Assembly: GCA_964016885.1 (NCBI GenBank)
Contig: OZ024752.1
Span: 45,694,001 to 45,758,000, forward strand
Direction of reading: 5' to 3'
DNA length: 64,000 nt
Source: Eledone cirrhosa
Lineage: Eukaryota
Positions 43,872-58,042 of the stretch are shown piece by piece. Every line of letters starts with the position of its first letter. Position 1 is the stretch's first letter. A program made the translations under genes and the position numbers. The notes beneath the pieces were generated by a model. The model was not told where the DNA came from. It was given only the letters and a program-made list of their open reading frames with translations, and made no database searches.

Positions 43872-45848
43872 ATAGTGAATGAGGACATTTTCTACCGTGT
43901 TGTTGTCGGGTCTCAGTCGGTTCCGACGAGGAGCGTTCAAGCTGTTTGATGTTTTCAGACCGAAGGGGTTTATTGAAATTATTTTAAGAGGTGGTTAATT
44001 ATCATTGCAAAAAAGGTGAGGAGGGGCTTTTAACTCGTAATTGAGCTCCAATGGCCGTCGTTATCACATAGGGCCTCCCTTGGGCATTGAAAACTTAGCA
44101 GAGCCCATCCCTTGTCACGTTGGAACATTTCAATTTCTTGAAGAGAGAGCAAAGAAAGAGAGACAGAGAGATGGAGAAGAATAAAGAGTAGGGGAGTGTG
44201 ATAGTGATAGAGAGAGGGAGAGCGATGGAGGAGAGAGAGAAAGAGTGAGAGAGAGTGAGATAGAGGAAGAGTGAGAGGGAGAGAGAGGGAGAGAGGGAGT
44301 GAGAGAGAGGGAGAGCGAGAGAGAGAGTGGGAGAGGGGGACTGAGGGGAGGGTGAGGGAGTGAGGAGCATGGGAGAGAGGGAGAGGGGTGCGAGAAAGGG
44401 AGAGAGGGTGGGAGAGGGAGTGTGTGTATGCGGGGGGGGGGGGGGGAGATAAGGAGAGAGGAGAAGAATCAACTGGATTGGTACTTTATTTATCGACCTC
44501 GAAAGAAGTGGACAGAAGCTAGAATATAATTAGGGTTTTCAAAATAAAGATGTCACCTTGTTGACAAAACTACACCTCCTCCTCTCAGACTGGTGTTGAA
44601 ATAAATAAATATATAAATTTATCCATAATAGAAAGATTATGTTAAAAAATGTTAAAAAAAAAAAAATATTTGTGGCTTTAAATCGAAACATTATCAAACA
44701 AGGTCGACCTACCCATTCGTTGGTTTCAAATCTGATATGAACTGATTGGTTATATGCAATATAACCAGTTTATAACCTCGAGTATTAAGTGGAAAACTGT
44801 CTTTAGAGATTTTCATAGCATTTTATCGCATTTTATCGCATTTTATCGCTACAAATCTAGAACTCTGTCAGCCATTAAAAAAAAATGCATAAAATCTTGA
44901 AAATGCTTTTCAAAATATTTTAGAAAATAATGAGAAGCGAGATGATGATGCACTCAATAAGATTGATATTCTATTGACATAAATTGAATGACTTCGCTTT
45001 CATGTTGTTCATAAATTGTTTTCATGTTGTGTTGTTGAAAGTTGAGAAACTATTTCATATAATATTAGAGTATAATCAGTTTGGCGATAAAATATCAGGA
45101 TAAAATATATAATTCTGTTCAATACATTGAAAAAAATGTTTATAACTGAACATTATAGAAATATTATCCAAGAGACAAGGAAGGACATTGACCGACAAGA
45201 TGAATCGGAGTTTCTACCCAGAAAAAACAAAATGATAAAAACAATCAAAAGAAGCGAACGAACCATAAAATGATATATTTCGAAATATTGGGTCGTCAGG
45301 TATGAAATTTGTAGAAATTTGTAAAAAAAAACCCAACAAATTTCTACGAATTTCATACTTGAAGACGAATAATTCCCTACATTTTACTATTAGCAATTTT
45401 CTCACATTGCGTAATGTTTATATTTTGAGTTATACTCGATGAGGATAAGTTTGAAAGTGTTTGCTCCTATATACTCTACCACGTTGCCGAGAATGGCCGA
45501 CACTTGGACAATTTGCCCTCTTTGGCTTGGCAGGTAGCAGAGCCTGGGTTGGTGGCCAAACGCACCAGGTTGGTACTTGAGTAGGTGTCACAACATGTGG
45601 CATCCCAGATGAGGGGACAAACCCCCGACCCGCGAAACAAAACGGGAAGAGTTTACAGATAACGGGAAAAATCAGATCGATATCATAAAAACGTCAAGTT
45701 GTCGAAAAATCTCGGAGCATGCGCAAATATGTCTCTTCTATTGCAGTTAAATTAGATTCTGGCTAGAGGCTTAATTTTTTCTATTGAATATAGTACTTTA
45801 AATTATACGTTTACTGAAGTTCTGCCAACCAAGCCCAAGAAACATTAG

Positions 45849-45888
<40 letters not shown>

Positions 45889-45906
45889 AGGTATGTGAGT
45901 AGATAG

Positions 45907-45944
<38 letters not shown>

Positions 45945-46066
45945 GTACGCATAAACAGATAATCAACGACACACAGAAGCAGATAACTACATATTTATGA
46001 CATATATAATTTGCAGTCATGTATGTATATGATTGCGCTGTTTATATGTATATTTATTCATGACTA

Positions 46067-46109
<43 letters not shown>

Positions 46110-46274
46110 TATGTATAAACCATCCGTTTATACGCATGTACAAACACTATAAATCACATCATCTTGTTATATGTTTGAAATAGTATGGAAGCCTACTACA
46201 ACAATAACTATAAGTTTATCAATAAGAAGAAATATATCGGTGTGGCTGAGTGTATATAAACACATTAGTAGGTC

Positions 46275-46362
<88 letters not shown>

Positions 46363-46558
46363 ATGTAGAATCGTATATATAATCCGATTGAGTTTACAAG
46401 AATCGTTTCTGCTTCAGTGATTTTCAAGAATGGTCGGTCGTTTAAAAATTGCAAACTACACAAAACTGGAAACTTGGAGTAATTTCTGATGTGATTTTCA
46501 TGTCGAGACATACATATATATGAATACGCCAACACACACACACACATATATATATACA

Positions 46559-46612
<54 letters not shown>

Positions 46613-46690
46613 TCTCTCACATACTCGTATATATATATATATATACATATATATGTGTGTGTGTGTGTGCGTGTGAGAGAGAGAGGGAGA

Positions 46691-47070
<380 letters not shown>

Positions 47071-47125
47071 GTATGTGTGTATGTCTGTTATAAATGCACT
47101 AATAACGATACAGACACACACACAT

Positions 47126-47173
<48 letters not shown>

Positions 47174-47809
47174 CTTTATACATTATATATTTATATCATT
47201 ATATATATATATATGTGTGTGTGTATGTCTACGGTATGCGAGTGTGTGTATGTGTGTATGTGTGTGAGAATGGGTGACTGAACCAAGGTAAAGCAATTTC
47301 TAATATCTAGGACAGATGCTAAGGTTAGTAGTTATTTTACATCTTAATCTAAAGTTCTGCTCTTCCTTATCAGCGAAATTATGTCTACACACGTGGACTG
47401 CGTCAGAGAATGTCTACCAAAGACTGGAATCGCTTCACAGAAGACAAGGAATTTTGATAGTTAAACAGAAGAGTTTACCATCTTTTCACTGTAACACTTG
47501 GTGCCATGGAAAGTGAGGGGGGGGGGTGTAGCCGTGGTGGTGGTGGTGGTGGTGGTGGTGATTGTGGTGGGTGGGTTATGGTGATGATGGTGGTGGTTAT
47601 GGTGGTGGTGATGGAGGGTTATGGTAGTGATGGTGGTGATGGTGGAGGATATGGTGGTGGTTATGGTGCTGAAGAAAAAAAAAACGGTACGTTCATCTCT
47701 CTATATATCCCGAAATAACAAAGCAAACAGAATACAATGAAGATATTAGTTTAACGCTTGATATAGTAGGAAAAGAGTCTTAAAATATACATATATATAT
47801 ATATATTAG

Positions 47810-47886
47810 ATAGGGTGTGGTAAAGAGTTTGGATCTAGCTGTCGAAACGGCCGGAGCTCAGCCGTCGGGGTCCTGAATCTTTTCAT
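47810..47886 (+). mobile_element. Family F fragment in (TA)n
   Basis: GGATCTAGCTGTCGAAACGGCCGGAGCTCAGCCGTCGGGGTCCTG. Confidence 0.7.
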
Positions 47887-48179
47887 ATATATATATATAC
47901 TATGAATAAAGAGTTCAAAACTCAGGCAGTCCTTTACAATGAAATAGCTCAAAGAAAGAAGTATTTCTGAGCCGTGTAATACAAGTTAATATAAATTAAT
48001 ATATATGATAAACAGTAATACCAACATATAGGTGTTTGTATTGTAAATGACTAAGTTAGCTAGATTGAAAAATACTAATTATAGTAATACAGTTTGCCTG
48101 TCTCGATTTAAAATAATAAATCAATAAAAACAAACCATATTTTTAGTGTTTATCATATATATTAATTTATATTAACTTG

Positions 48180-48210
<31 letters not shown>

Positions 48211-48739
48211 CCCATCAAGGCCATCATGAATGACCGTGACGAATGGAAGCGTGGTGTGGAATCAATGGGGCGTTTTACTTGACACCCGAGAATAAGTTAG
48301 GGATTGAAACGTCATATTCCTCTTTAAATCTTGGCAGTTGTTTCTCATTAAACCTTAAAATTTCTCTTAGGTTAACTTAGTTAGTTTAAATACATATTCA
48401 TATATCACCTCCATTTACACAGCTTTCAACTGTGACTACCAGACAAGCTTGCCACCTCCATTTACACAGCTTTCAACTGTGACTACCAGACAACCTTGCG
48501 TTGCCTTCTATTTGACAGATAACGACGTCTTTACCTAGTTTCTTAGTCTGAATCTTAGACATTAAATAACTCAGATCTTGTTTATTTTACATGACAGCTG
48601 ACCTGTGTGACACTTCGGTGACCTAGTTAGCAACAAAGAAGAAGAAAAAAATGGGGCAAAGGGTTTCTTTTTGAAACACTAACTCAAGATCCATTCCCGT
48701 ACAAACGCTAAATCGTACATATGGCAGCATTGCATTGAA

Positions 48740-48770
<31 letters not shown>

Positions 48771-48957
48771 CACATACACACACATACACTTACACACACA
48801 TATATATATATATATATACACATACACACACATACACTTACACACATACACACACACATACACACACATACACAGACCTGCATAGTTATACATATACTAC
48901 ATCTGTATTGTTGAACATCTCAAATTACTCACGATTTACACGCGCACACACATATAT

Positions 48958-49021
<64 letters not shown>

Positions 49022-49304
49022 GAACAAGTGACAAAAATAATTGTAAATCTAAACACACACATACACACATATGCATACGCACACACAAACACAAATATGT
49101 ATGTGTATATATATGTGTATGTATGTATGAATGTATGTGTGTGTGTGTGTGTGTGTACGTGTGAGTGTGTGTGTATGTATGTATGTGTGTATGTAGGTAG
49201 GTAGGTATGTACACAGACTCTTACCAGCAAATATAGTCATCTTTACACTAGCATACTAATTTACACACCATACTCATGTAAACACAACCAAGCATATTGG
49301 CAGT

Positions 49305-49355
<51 letters not shown>

Positions 49356-49586
49356 GTCTGTCTAGCTATCTATCTGTCTATCTCCTTCTCTCTCTCTCTC
49401 TCTCTCGCTCTCTCTCTATATCTATCTATCTATCTGTCTGTCTAGCTATCTATCTGTCTATCTCCTTCTCTCTCTCCCTCTCTCTCTCGCTCTCTCTCTC
49501 TATCTATCTATCTATCTGTCTGTCTAGCTATCTATCTGTCTATCTCCTTCTCTCTCTCTCTCTCTCGCTCTCTCTCTCTCTCTCCC

Positions 49587-49638
<52 letters not shown>

Positions 49639-49794
49639 CTCTCTCTCATTTGTTCTACATATTCACAGTAAGCTCCCTCTCTCTCTCCCCTCTCTCCCTC
49701 CTCTCTCTATCTATCTATCTCTCTCTCTCATTTGTTCTATATATTCACAGTAAGCTCCCTCTCTCCCTCTCTCTCTCTCTCTCTCCCTCTCTCC

Positions 49795-49845
<51 letters not shown>

Positions 49846-50417
49846 ACCCACCACTACATAAATGTCCTCTGTGAGAAGTTACGTATGAAGTTACATTTGC
49901 CTAACCTCGCCCCGCCAATAACAAATATTGCCCCCTCTGGTGGAGGAGTTCAGACAGTTGTCAGGACTACATCAAGAACTGAGACCACCCTATCTAAATT
50001 TATAGCTGCACTGTCCTATTTATTTATTCATTTGCCTTTTTTTTGTTCTCTCTCTCTCGCCCTCTCTCTCCCCCTCTCTATCTCTCCCCCTTCTCTCTAT
50101 CTCTCCCCTTCACTCTTTCTCCCCCCCCCCTCTCATTTGTTCTACATATATTTATTCATTTGCCTTTTTTTGTTCTCTCTCTCTCTCCCTCTCTCTCCCC
50201 TTCTCTATCTCTCCCCTTCTCTCTTTCTCTTTCTCTCCACCCCCCTCTTCCCCCCTCTCTCTCTCATTTGTTCTACATATTCACTTTCTATCTACCTAAA
50301 GCTACGTTGCAAAAAAATACTAATAATAATAAGTCTCACATGGTCTTCTTACAAACTACGCCCAGGATGACAGTTACAAGTTCTGGACTTTCAATATAGG
50401 TGTATATATATATACAC

Positions 50418-50489
<72 letters not shown>

Positions 50490-50550
50490 GGGATACCAAG
50501 TTATCGTTATAGGTAATCCAGTTAGAGTTTGTGAGTACTCTGTATTGTGG

Positions 50551-50582
<32 letters not shown>

Positions 50583-51198
50583 ACTAGAATTGGTGCTCTG
50601 AAATAACTGTATATATATGAATGTATATATAATGTATTTTGCAATACACTGTATGCTTAATTAAAATATATTTCAGAGCACCAATTCTAATTTTCAATTT
50701 CTGCTTGACCGGCAACCGCTCTGTATAATCAGTTCCTGATTATTTACTAGAATTCTATAAGAACCAAACATCCAAGATTTCAGCAAACAGGAGGAGTAGT
50801 TGGCTTTGATAAGCATCAATAAATGCGAAACAAGGCCTTGTCAGCTTTATCTCCCCTGCTTGCTGAAAATTAAAGTAAGTGGAGTCTGTCACTACTCTAA
50901 AACAATAGCATAAGGTCTTCGAAATGCTTTTAATTAAGCATACAGTGTATTGCAAAATAAACTGTATATACATTCATATATATATATATATATATTGTTA
51001 TACTTTGGGAGGGTCATGCTGCCAATAAAACACACGCACCTGTTAGTGTTTCATTTCAATTTATTATAAATGTCTAGTTGATTGGTTTTATAACCGGATG
51101 GTTGTTTATTTGTCACATATCTACTCTCTAAACATTAGCCATCAGGAAATTTAATTCAATTATACACACACACACTCACACACGCACGTGTGTATATG

Positions 51199-51289
<91 letters not shown>

Positions 51290-51908
51290 AATTCACTTTT
51301 CTATCTCTTTAATCATAGTATTTTGGCAGGAAACGATACTAGGTTTCACACAAAAAAAAAAAAAAAAAATAATAATAATAATAATAATAATAAAGAAAAA
51401 AAAAAACATTAAGATGTGTACCTTATTTTAGCAGTGACTTGAAAGTAACTAAACCGTGACAGCATCTCACCCTTAACTGTAAGGTTCAACGGGATCGTGT
51501 GAATAAGTATAGAATTGGTAAGAGTTCAGTTTCAATTCCCCCCGAACAGTTCATCTATTTTCTTTGCTCTATCTGACACTAGTTCGTATCAGATGATAAT
51601 CAGTTTAGGTAACCAGGAACCTGTATAAACCTGTATAATAGTCTGACCAGCAACCTGTATGATAGTCTGACCAATCTCACTTAAAGTATATCGTATAACA
51701 TTTTTGTGAGAGTATTTCTTATGAAAGATACAGCCAATGATTTTCAAATAATTTTGAAATTAAAGATTTTGTAATATAACTTATTTTATCATTATTAAGT
51801 TGACATTTGTCACATAATTCAACGAACGTTTAAAAATAAATTATAATGGAAGGTTTTCAGATAAGTTTAAAGAGTTTAACTTGATATATATATGTGTGTG
51901 TGTGTGCG

Positions 51909-51947
<39 letters not shown>

Positions 51948-52536
51948 GAGAGAGTGAGAGAGAGAGAGAGAGTGTGTGTTTATGTGTATGTATACGTATG
52001 TGTGTGGGAGGCGTGTGTGTTTCTGTTTACCTCCGATTGCTTGTAAAACCAAAAATTCAAGAGACTAAGGAAAAAAATAATTGAAAGCGTTCGTAAAAGA
52101 TATTTATAGTTTAAACGTGATGTTTATTTAGAAGAGCTGTTTACACTAAGAAAAATGTAAATACATGATGAAAAATATTGAAATTTTAACTTTCTTATTT
52201 AAACAGAAAATAAAAAATAAAAAAACCGTCTTATTTTTCGATATTTTGAAATTACATCAGATTCTGCTTAAAATGTCTATTGACGCCAACTATCTGGATG
52301 TTAGTCCACATCTCAGAAACAACAGATACAGTTTAGGAAGTTTAATTAAATAATATCTAATACCAGGTTCGAACACAAAGGAACCAAACCCCAACTGTCC
52401 CTGCCTCCGTTTCTCCTGCTCCCCCCCCCCATCTCCCATCTCTCATATACACCAGGTTTTTACATAGAGATATGTGTGTGTATGAATGCCCATATTATAT
52501 AATTTATATAATATATATATATATATATAATATATA

Positions 52537-52581
<45 letters not shown>

Positions 52582-52660
52582 TTCCGGGTTGAATCGGAGG
52601 TAACCACAGTAAGTAAGGTACTCAATACATAGCAGAGTATAAAAGTTTTAATATAGATGA

Positions 52661-52709
52661 GATTCTACAGGACTAGAACTGTTTCATTCTTCAGAAATCA
52701 TCAGGAATC
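52661..52709 (-). ncRNA. Mirror type I hammerhead motif on the opposite strand
   Basis: Minus strand GATTC-CTGATGA-TTTCTGAAGAAT-GAAACAGTTCTAGTCCTGTA-GAATC. Confidence 0.8.
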
Positions 52710-52712
52710 ACA

Positions 52713-52765
52713 GAGATTCCTGATGATTTCTGAAGAATGAAACAGTTCTAGTCCTGTAGAATCTC
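52713..52765 (+). ncRNA. Type I hammerhead motif (family A), predicted cleavage after GUA at 52758
   Basis: Helix I GAGATTC/GAATCTC (7 bp), CTGATGA, TTC-TGAA-GAA, GAAACAG-TTCTAGTC-CTGT-A. Confidence 0.85.
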
Positions 52766-52766
52766 A

Positions 52767-52876
<110 letters not shown>

Positions 52877-53810
52877 ACAGAATATTGTCAGTATGAAGAA
52901 ATGCCTTGAAAACGATAAATACGATAAATATACTGAGGACCTTGCGAATGCAGAGTCAGGTTCGATCTGTAATAGATCCCGCCTTGAACTGATCATCGGA
53001 GAAACATATGTCATATGTTAATAAATTGTGTTTTAATGCATCACTGATTCCCTGTTATCTATAATATATATACCCTGCTCACCGTGTATATATATGTCAG
53101 TGCGCATGTGTCATTTCTAAGTATTTCAGTATTTCTGTATGAATGCTTGAATGCTTAGAATTATGTGTGACGGGAATGGTTTACACGAACAAAACTTAAG
53201 GAAGCTGAAGAATTTCAAGAAAGGAAAATTAATGGCCTTAATTGAAGTGTAGCTTCTGTAGAATTCTATAGAACGAGTTACCGTCAAACCTGGGACAGTT
53301 TAGAATGTTATTGGTGACAATAATTCACAGAAGTTGTCTTAGAAATCAGCAGCTAGTGGAATATTTATGGTAGTTCTTACATAGTTCTCAGGTCTTTATT
53401 AGATTGTCTTACATACCGTATGGTAGAGGGTGTATAGTAGAGGGTGTATAGTAGAGGGTATATATTAAAGTGTGTATATTAAAGTGTATATATTAAAGTG
53501 TGTACATTAGAGGTGTATCGTGTGGTTAAGACATTATTGTGTGATTAAGACATGTATTCATCAGAAATAACGAGTGAATATATCTAAAATCCTCTTTAGA
53601 ACCGTCTGAAGAAAGTAAAGTGCTTCAATTACTAAAGATATGTAAATTCTGTGCAATTGCGAGAGTTTAACAAATAATTACATTTCAGTATTCAATTTTG
53701 CACTTTGACTAACTATAATTCGATTATCAATCGATTCGAAAACGATGGAATTTCACTGAATAACAGATTAAAGCTCTTCTGTTATGTAATAATAAATTGA
53801 AAGTTCTCTT

Positions 53811-53895
<85 letters not shown>

Positions 53896-54016
53896 CATAT
53901 ATATATACACATATGTATAAACATTATATATAGGAGTGAATAGCTTGCTTTCTGTCTCTCTCTATCCCCTTCATCTCTCTGTCTATTTCTTTTTGTCCTC
54001 TTCCCTATAAATGTAT

Positions 54017-54078
<62 letters not shown>

Positions 54079-54184
54079 GGGGGGGGTATATTTCTCCATG
54101 CACCTGTATGTTTGTACGAAGGAAGCATTTCATATTTCATACATGCATACACATATACACATATGCATACACACACACATATAC

Positions 54185-54223
<39 letters not shown>

Positions 54224-54224
<1 letters not shown>

Positions 54225-54560
54225 TAATTTAATATATCAACTAACATAGGCGCACAGATGCACGTCCATGCCAGCAAATACACAGGTTATGTCATAGTAC
54301 CTAGGTGGTTCAATGCAGGAGGGTGCAGAACAATAATATAAAAGACGTAAAATAAGAAAATATTTTTAAAAAAAATTTTTTAAAAATTTTTTACTTACTT
54401 ACTTAAATTTTCACTCCTGATGACGCAATGAATTCTCGACAGTTGGATTATGTAACTGTCTTTATCCCATTGCAGAAACTAATTAGTTGGAGTGAAAATT
54501 TAAGTAAGTAAGTAAAAAATTTTTAAAAAATTTTTTTAAAAAATATTTTCTTATTTTACG

Positions 54561-54570
<10 letters not shown>
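54224..54570. mobile_element. Family H element: ~82-bp inverted arms closing a hammerhead core (54412-54494)
   Basis: 54336-54417 mirrors 54489-54570; between them CTGATGA-CGCAATG..GACAGTT..AACTGTC..CATTGCA-GAAA-CTAATTAG-TT; (TA)n on both sides. Confidence 0.8.
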
Positions 54571-54644
<74 letters not shown>

Positions 54645-54859
54645 ACCTATCTCCCTTGTACACGACATGGAGATTTCTTAAGACAATATTCCACGTTTAA
54701 AATGTTAACGATTGTAATCAGTGAAGGTTATATGTACATTCAGTGGAGGCGGTGGTGTGGTGTTGTGTGGGGTGAGGTTGGGCTATTCGTAATAAGATTA
54801 CAACTTCTGAGTCAGATAAATACTTTGATCAATGTTGTTATAGTCAGTGATTTAGAATA

Positions 54860-55045
54860 TGTATATCAGGGGGTGGTTAAATGGTCCCTCCGGACAAATC
54901 CAACTAACAGGAGATAGACCTTGAGCAAGATGGTTGGATAACATCCACGAGCTTGGCTGTTGCTTTTGACAGGACCTGATGGAAGGCGTGTCTGAAGAGT
55001 CTGTACTCACGATTCTCTCGGAAATAAGTGGGCGAAGAAGAAGAA
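54860..55045 (+). mobile_element. Decayed RTE LINE 3' end followed by GAA/GAAA tail
   Basis: Translates GDRP*ARWLDNIHELG; homologous to 31540-31590 (minus). Confidence 0.7.
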
Positions 55046-55061
55046 AGAAACAAGGAAAGAG

Positions 55062-55096
<35 letters not shown>

Positions 55097-55108
55097 AACA
55101 AACAAACA

Positions 55109-55140
<32 letters not shown>

Positions 55141-55564
55141 AAAAAAGAAAGAAAGAACAGAAATGGACCTCCGTCGGTTTCGACGATGAATGTTTCAGTT
55201 GTTTGAATAATGGAACAACCTGTTCATGAAATTAACGTGCAAGGGGCTGAGCATTACACGTGTACCCTTAACTCAATTCTTAGGGAGGTTCGACATAACA
55301 GAGCGTGTGACAAGACCGGGTTGTTTTTCTTTAAATTACAGCAATGGTTCATACGATGGACTTCCAAGCGGTTTCCGTCTACAAAATTTCACTCACAAGT
55401 GATGGGTCTACCCTAGGCTATGGTAAAGGACACTTGCCTAAGATGTCACGCGATGGGATCAAACTGGAGATCAAATGATTGTGAAGTGAATTCCTTAACC
55501 ATTCCCTCGTGCTGTTTCCACATTAATAAGTTGAGCAGAGCCGATACATCGAAGAAAATATATA

Positions 55565-55751
55565 TAATTGTTTCTACTTTTGGCACAAGGCCAGCAATTA
55601 CCCAGTACATTACTGGTACTTTATTTTATCGACCCCGTAAGGATGAAAGGCAAAGTTAACCTCGGCGGGATTTGAACTCAGAATGGCAAGGGCCGTAACT
55701 CTATGCGTCAAAGCATGGCGTCCGACCCTCTACCGATACTGCCAATCCACC
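55565..55751 (-). mobile_element. Full-length SINE family 1
   Basis: A box, B box, body and tail as in the other copies. Confidence 0.9.
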
Positions 55752-56494
55752 AATGAAATACAATATGCATTCACAGTATCATCAACGCTTCTAATTGATT
55801 TTTTACCGTTTGTTTAAAATCTATACAGATCAGGATATAAGATTTGATATCTGTTTTTATTGGAATATTTTCTTTATATTGGATGTGCGCTTTACACATT
55901 TCCATCAATATTCTTATCAATCGTCTTCAGGTGATATTATTGAACCAGTCTAAACATTTAACCTGTAACCATTGGTGTTATCAAGTAGGTGTGCTGTTCT
56001 AATCACAGATCTAAATTTATCATTTGAAAGTGAAGCGACAAGGAGTACAAGGCTCCCCCTGCCCTGGACAGGATGCCAGGTCATCGTAGTTCTGTTACAG
56101 AGCAACTGAAATAATCATCGTCGAATCCGATGGAGGTACACTCCATTTCATTTTATTTTATGATGCAAATGTTTTTCGGAAAGACATGAACATCATATAT
56201 TTCGTTTTCCAATCTACTTGAATATAGGGTCTTATCAAAAGGAAACCACTATTTTACTTTTACATAACTCTATGTTCTGCGTTCAAATCTCCCCTGGGGG
56301 TGAACATTACCGTTCTCTCCACAGTAATATACTGTAATATATTAATTCGATTATTCCTAATCCTTTGAACAAATAGTTCTGTCCTTAAGTTAGAAATCTA
56401 TCTATGGCGTATTATATTATGGAACGTCGTCATGGTGTTAGAAATAAATCTAATGTTTAGAAGAATTACTTATAGGTAGAATAATGCTATAGAT

Positions 56495-56540
<46 letters not shown>

Positions 56541-57859
56541 GGGAACATCAAAGAATGGCGAGAAAGACGGTGAGTTAGAAAGACAGTGAGTTAGAGAAAC
56601 AGAAACAGAAAAGGATTTGTAAAAAGCGAAGAACAGTCGGAGAAAAGACAAACTGAAAGAAGTAAATATTGAATACTTCCTGAGATTGAATGTAGATTGA
56701 ATGTAAAAGACGAAGCAAAAAAATGGAGTCGAAGCTGGAGCTGAAGCCGAAAAAGCAGAATGGAAGTAAAAATAAGAAAGGAAAGCATTTAGAAATTAAG
56801 ATTAGGATGTAGGGGGCAAACATAAGTAAATAAATGAAGATTACTAAAAAGACTTGGCCAAGGAATAAATGGGACACTGTAGATGGAATCAAAGGATATT
56901 AAATTGTATAGTACGGATTGAAAGACTAGTAAAAAATAAAATAAAAATAAAGCATTCATTTTGAAAACGGGAATACCTCTTAAAACATTTTTCCGCCATT
57001 AGTTAACGTCGATTCATCTAATACGATAGTATTTTAGGTGGCCATTAAACAGAAAATATCTCTAAACTATAAACTACTCCCAGAATATAAGATATTGGTA
57101 TAGTAGTCAGAAATAATTGATCAATATTAATGGATGACTTTTGCAGCAGTAAATGAGTTAAGAAGAATAACTACGAGAGGAAAACCAAACATATTTACGG
57201 CTTATTTTCGACCATTTTTTTTATATACCTGCACTTATCTTCTTCTTCTTCTTCTTCTTCTTCTTCTTCTTCTTCTTCTTCTTCTTCTCCTCCTCCTCCT
57301 CCTCCTCCTCCTCCTCCTCCTCCTCCTTCTTCTTCTTCTTCATGTTATTTAGTAACATATTGTTGGATAATTTGATGTCCTTAGTTTGGTTGTTGTTGTT
57401 GTTGGTGTTGTTGTTGGTGGTGGTGTTGTTGTTGTTGGTGTTGTTGTTGTTGGTGGTGTTGTTGGTGTTGTTGTTGTTGTTGGTGGTGGTGGTGTTGGTG
57501 GTGTTGGTGGTATGACTTGGAACATGTGACTTTGAGCACGTGACATGACACTCCATCGTCTGTTGTCGCAGAAATGAAAATAACACAGACACTCCACAGT
57601 TGGACATGTCTACGTTTAGGAAAGCAAGAAACATTGGTAGAGAGCCGACAATGGTGGTGCCCCAGCATGGCCTCAGCGTAATAAATGAAGAATGCTTCGT
57701 AATTTTCATTTTTTTTTTTTTTCTGTTTCATTTTCTTCCTCCATTGCTAGGAAAGAAGAAATGGTGATGAGTTGACACCTGAAAATATGTCTCAACACGT
57801 GGCATCCCATATTAGCGACCTACTTGCTTGGAATGGTAAAAAGAGTTAACCTGTCTTGA

Positions 57860-57958
57860 ATCCTACTATCACCGCCTCCGAGGCCGAGAAGCTCCAACCA
57901 GGACGTGAAACCGGCCCTATCAGGTCTTCTTCTTCTTCTTCTTCTTCTTCTTCTTCTT

Positions 57959-57989
<31 letters not shown>

Positions 57990-58042
57990 TCCAACCACAA
58001 CCATCTTTCTCGGGGTCTACTCCTGGGTCTCTTGCCGTGTCT
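57860..58042 (-). mobile_element. RTE LINE 3' fragment interrupted by (TTC)n
   Basis: Minus strand translates GKRPRSRPRERWLWLD next to the triplet tract. Confidence 0.55.

Noticed and set aside
47506-47718. Glycine-rich protein exon
   Set aside because: Degenerate (GGT)n microsatellite with no splice support
53600-53730. CTGAAGA followed by AAAGTGC/GCACTTT stem
   Set aside because: No GAAA after the stem; too degenerate to call
55882-55930. Minus-strand CTGAAGA...GAAATGTG..CACATC hammerhead candidate
   Set aside because: Helices II and III are plausible but helix I does not pair, and there is no TA context or second copy
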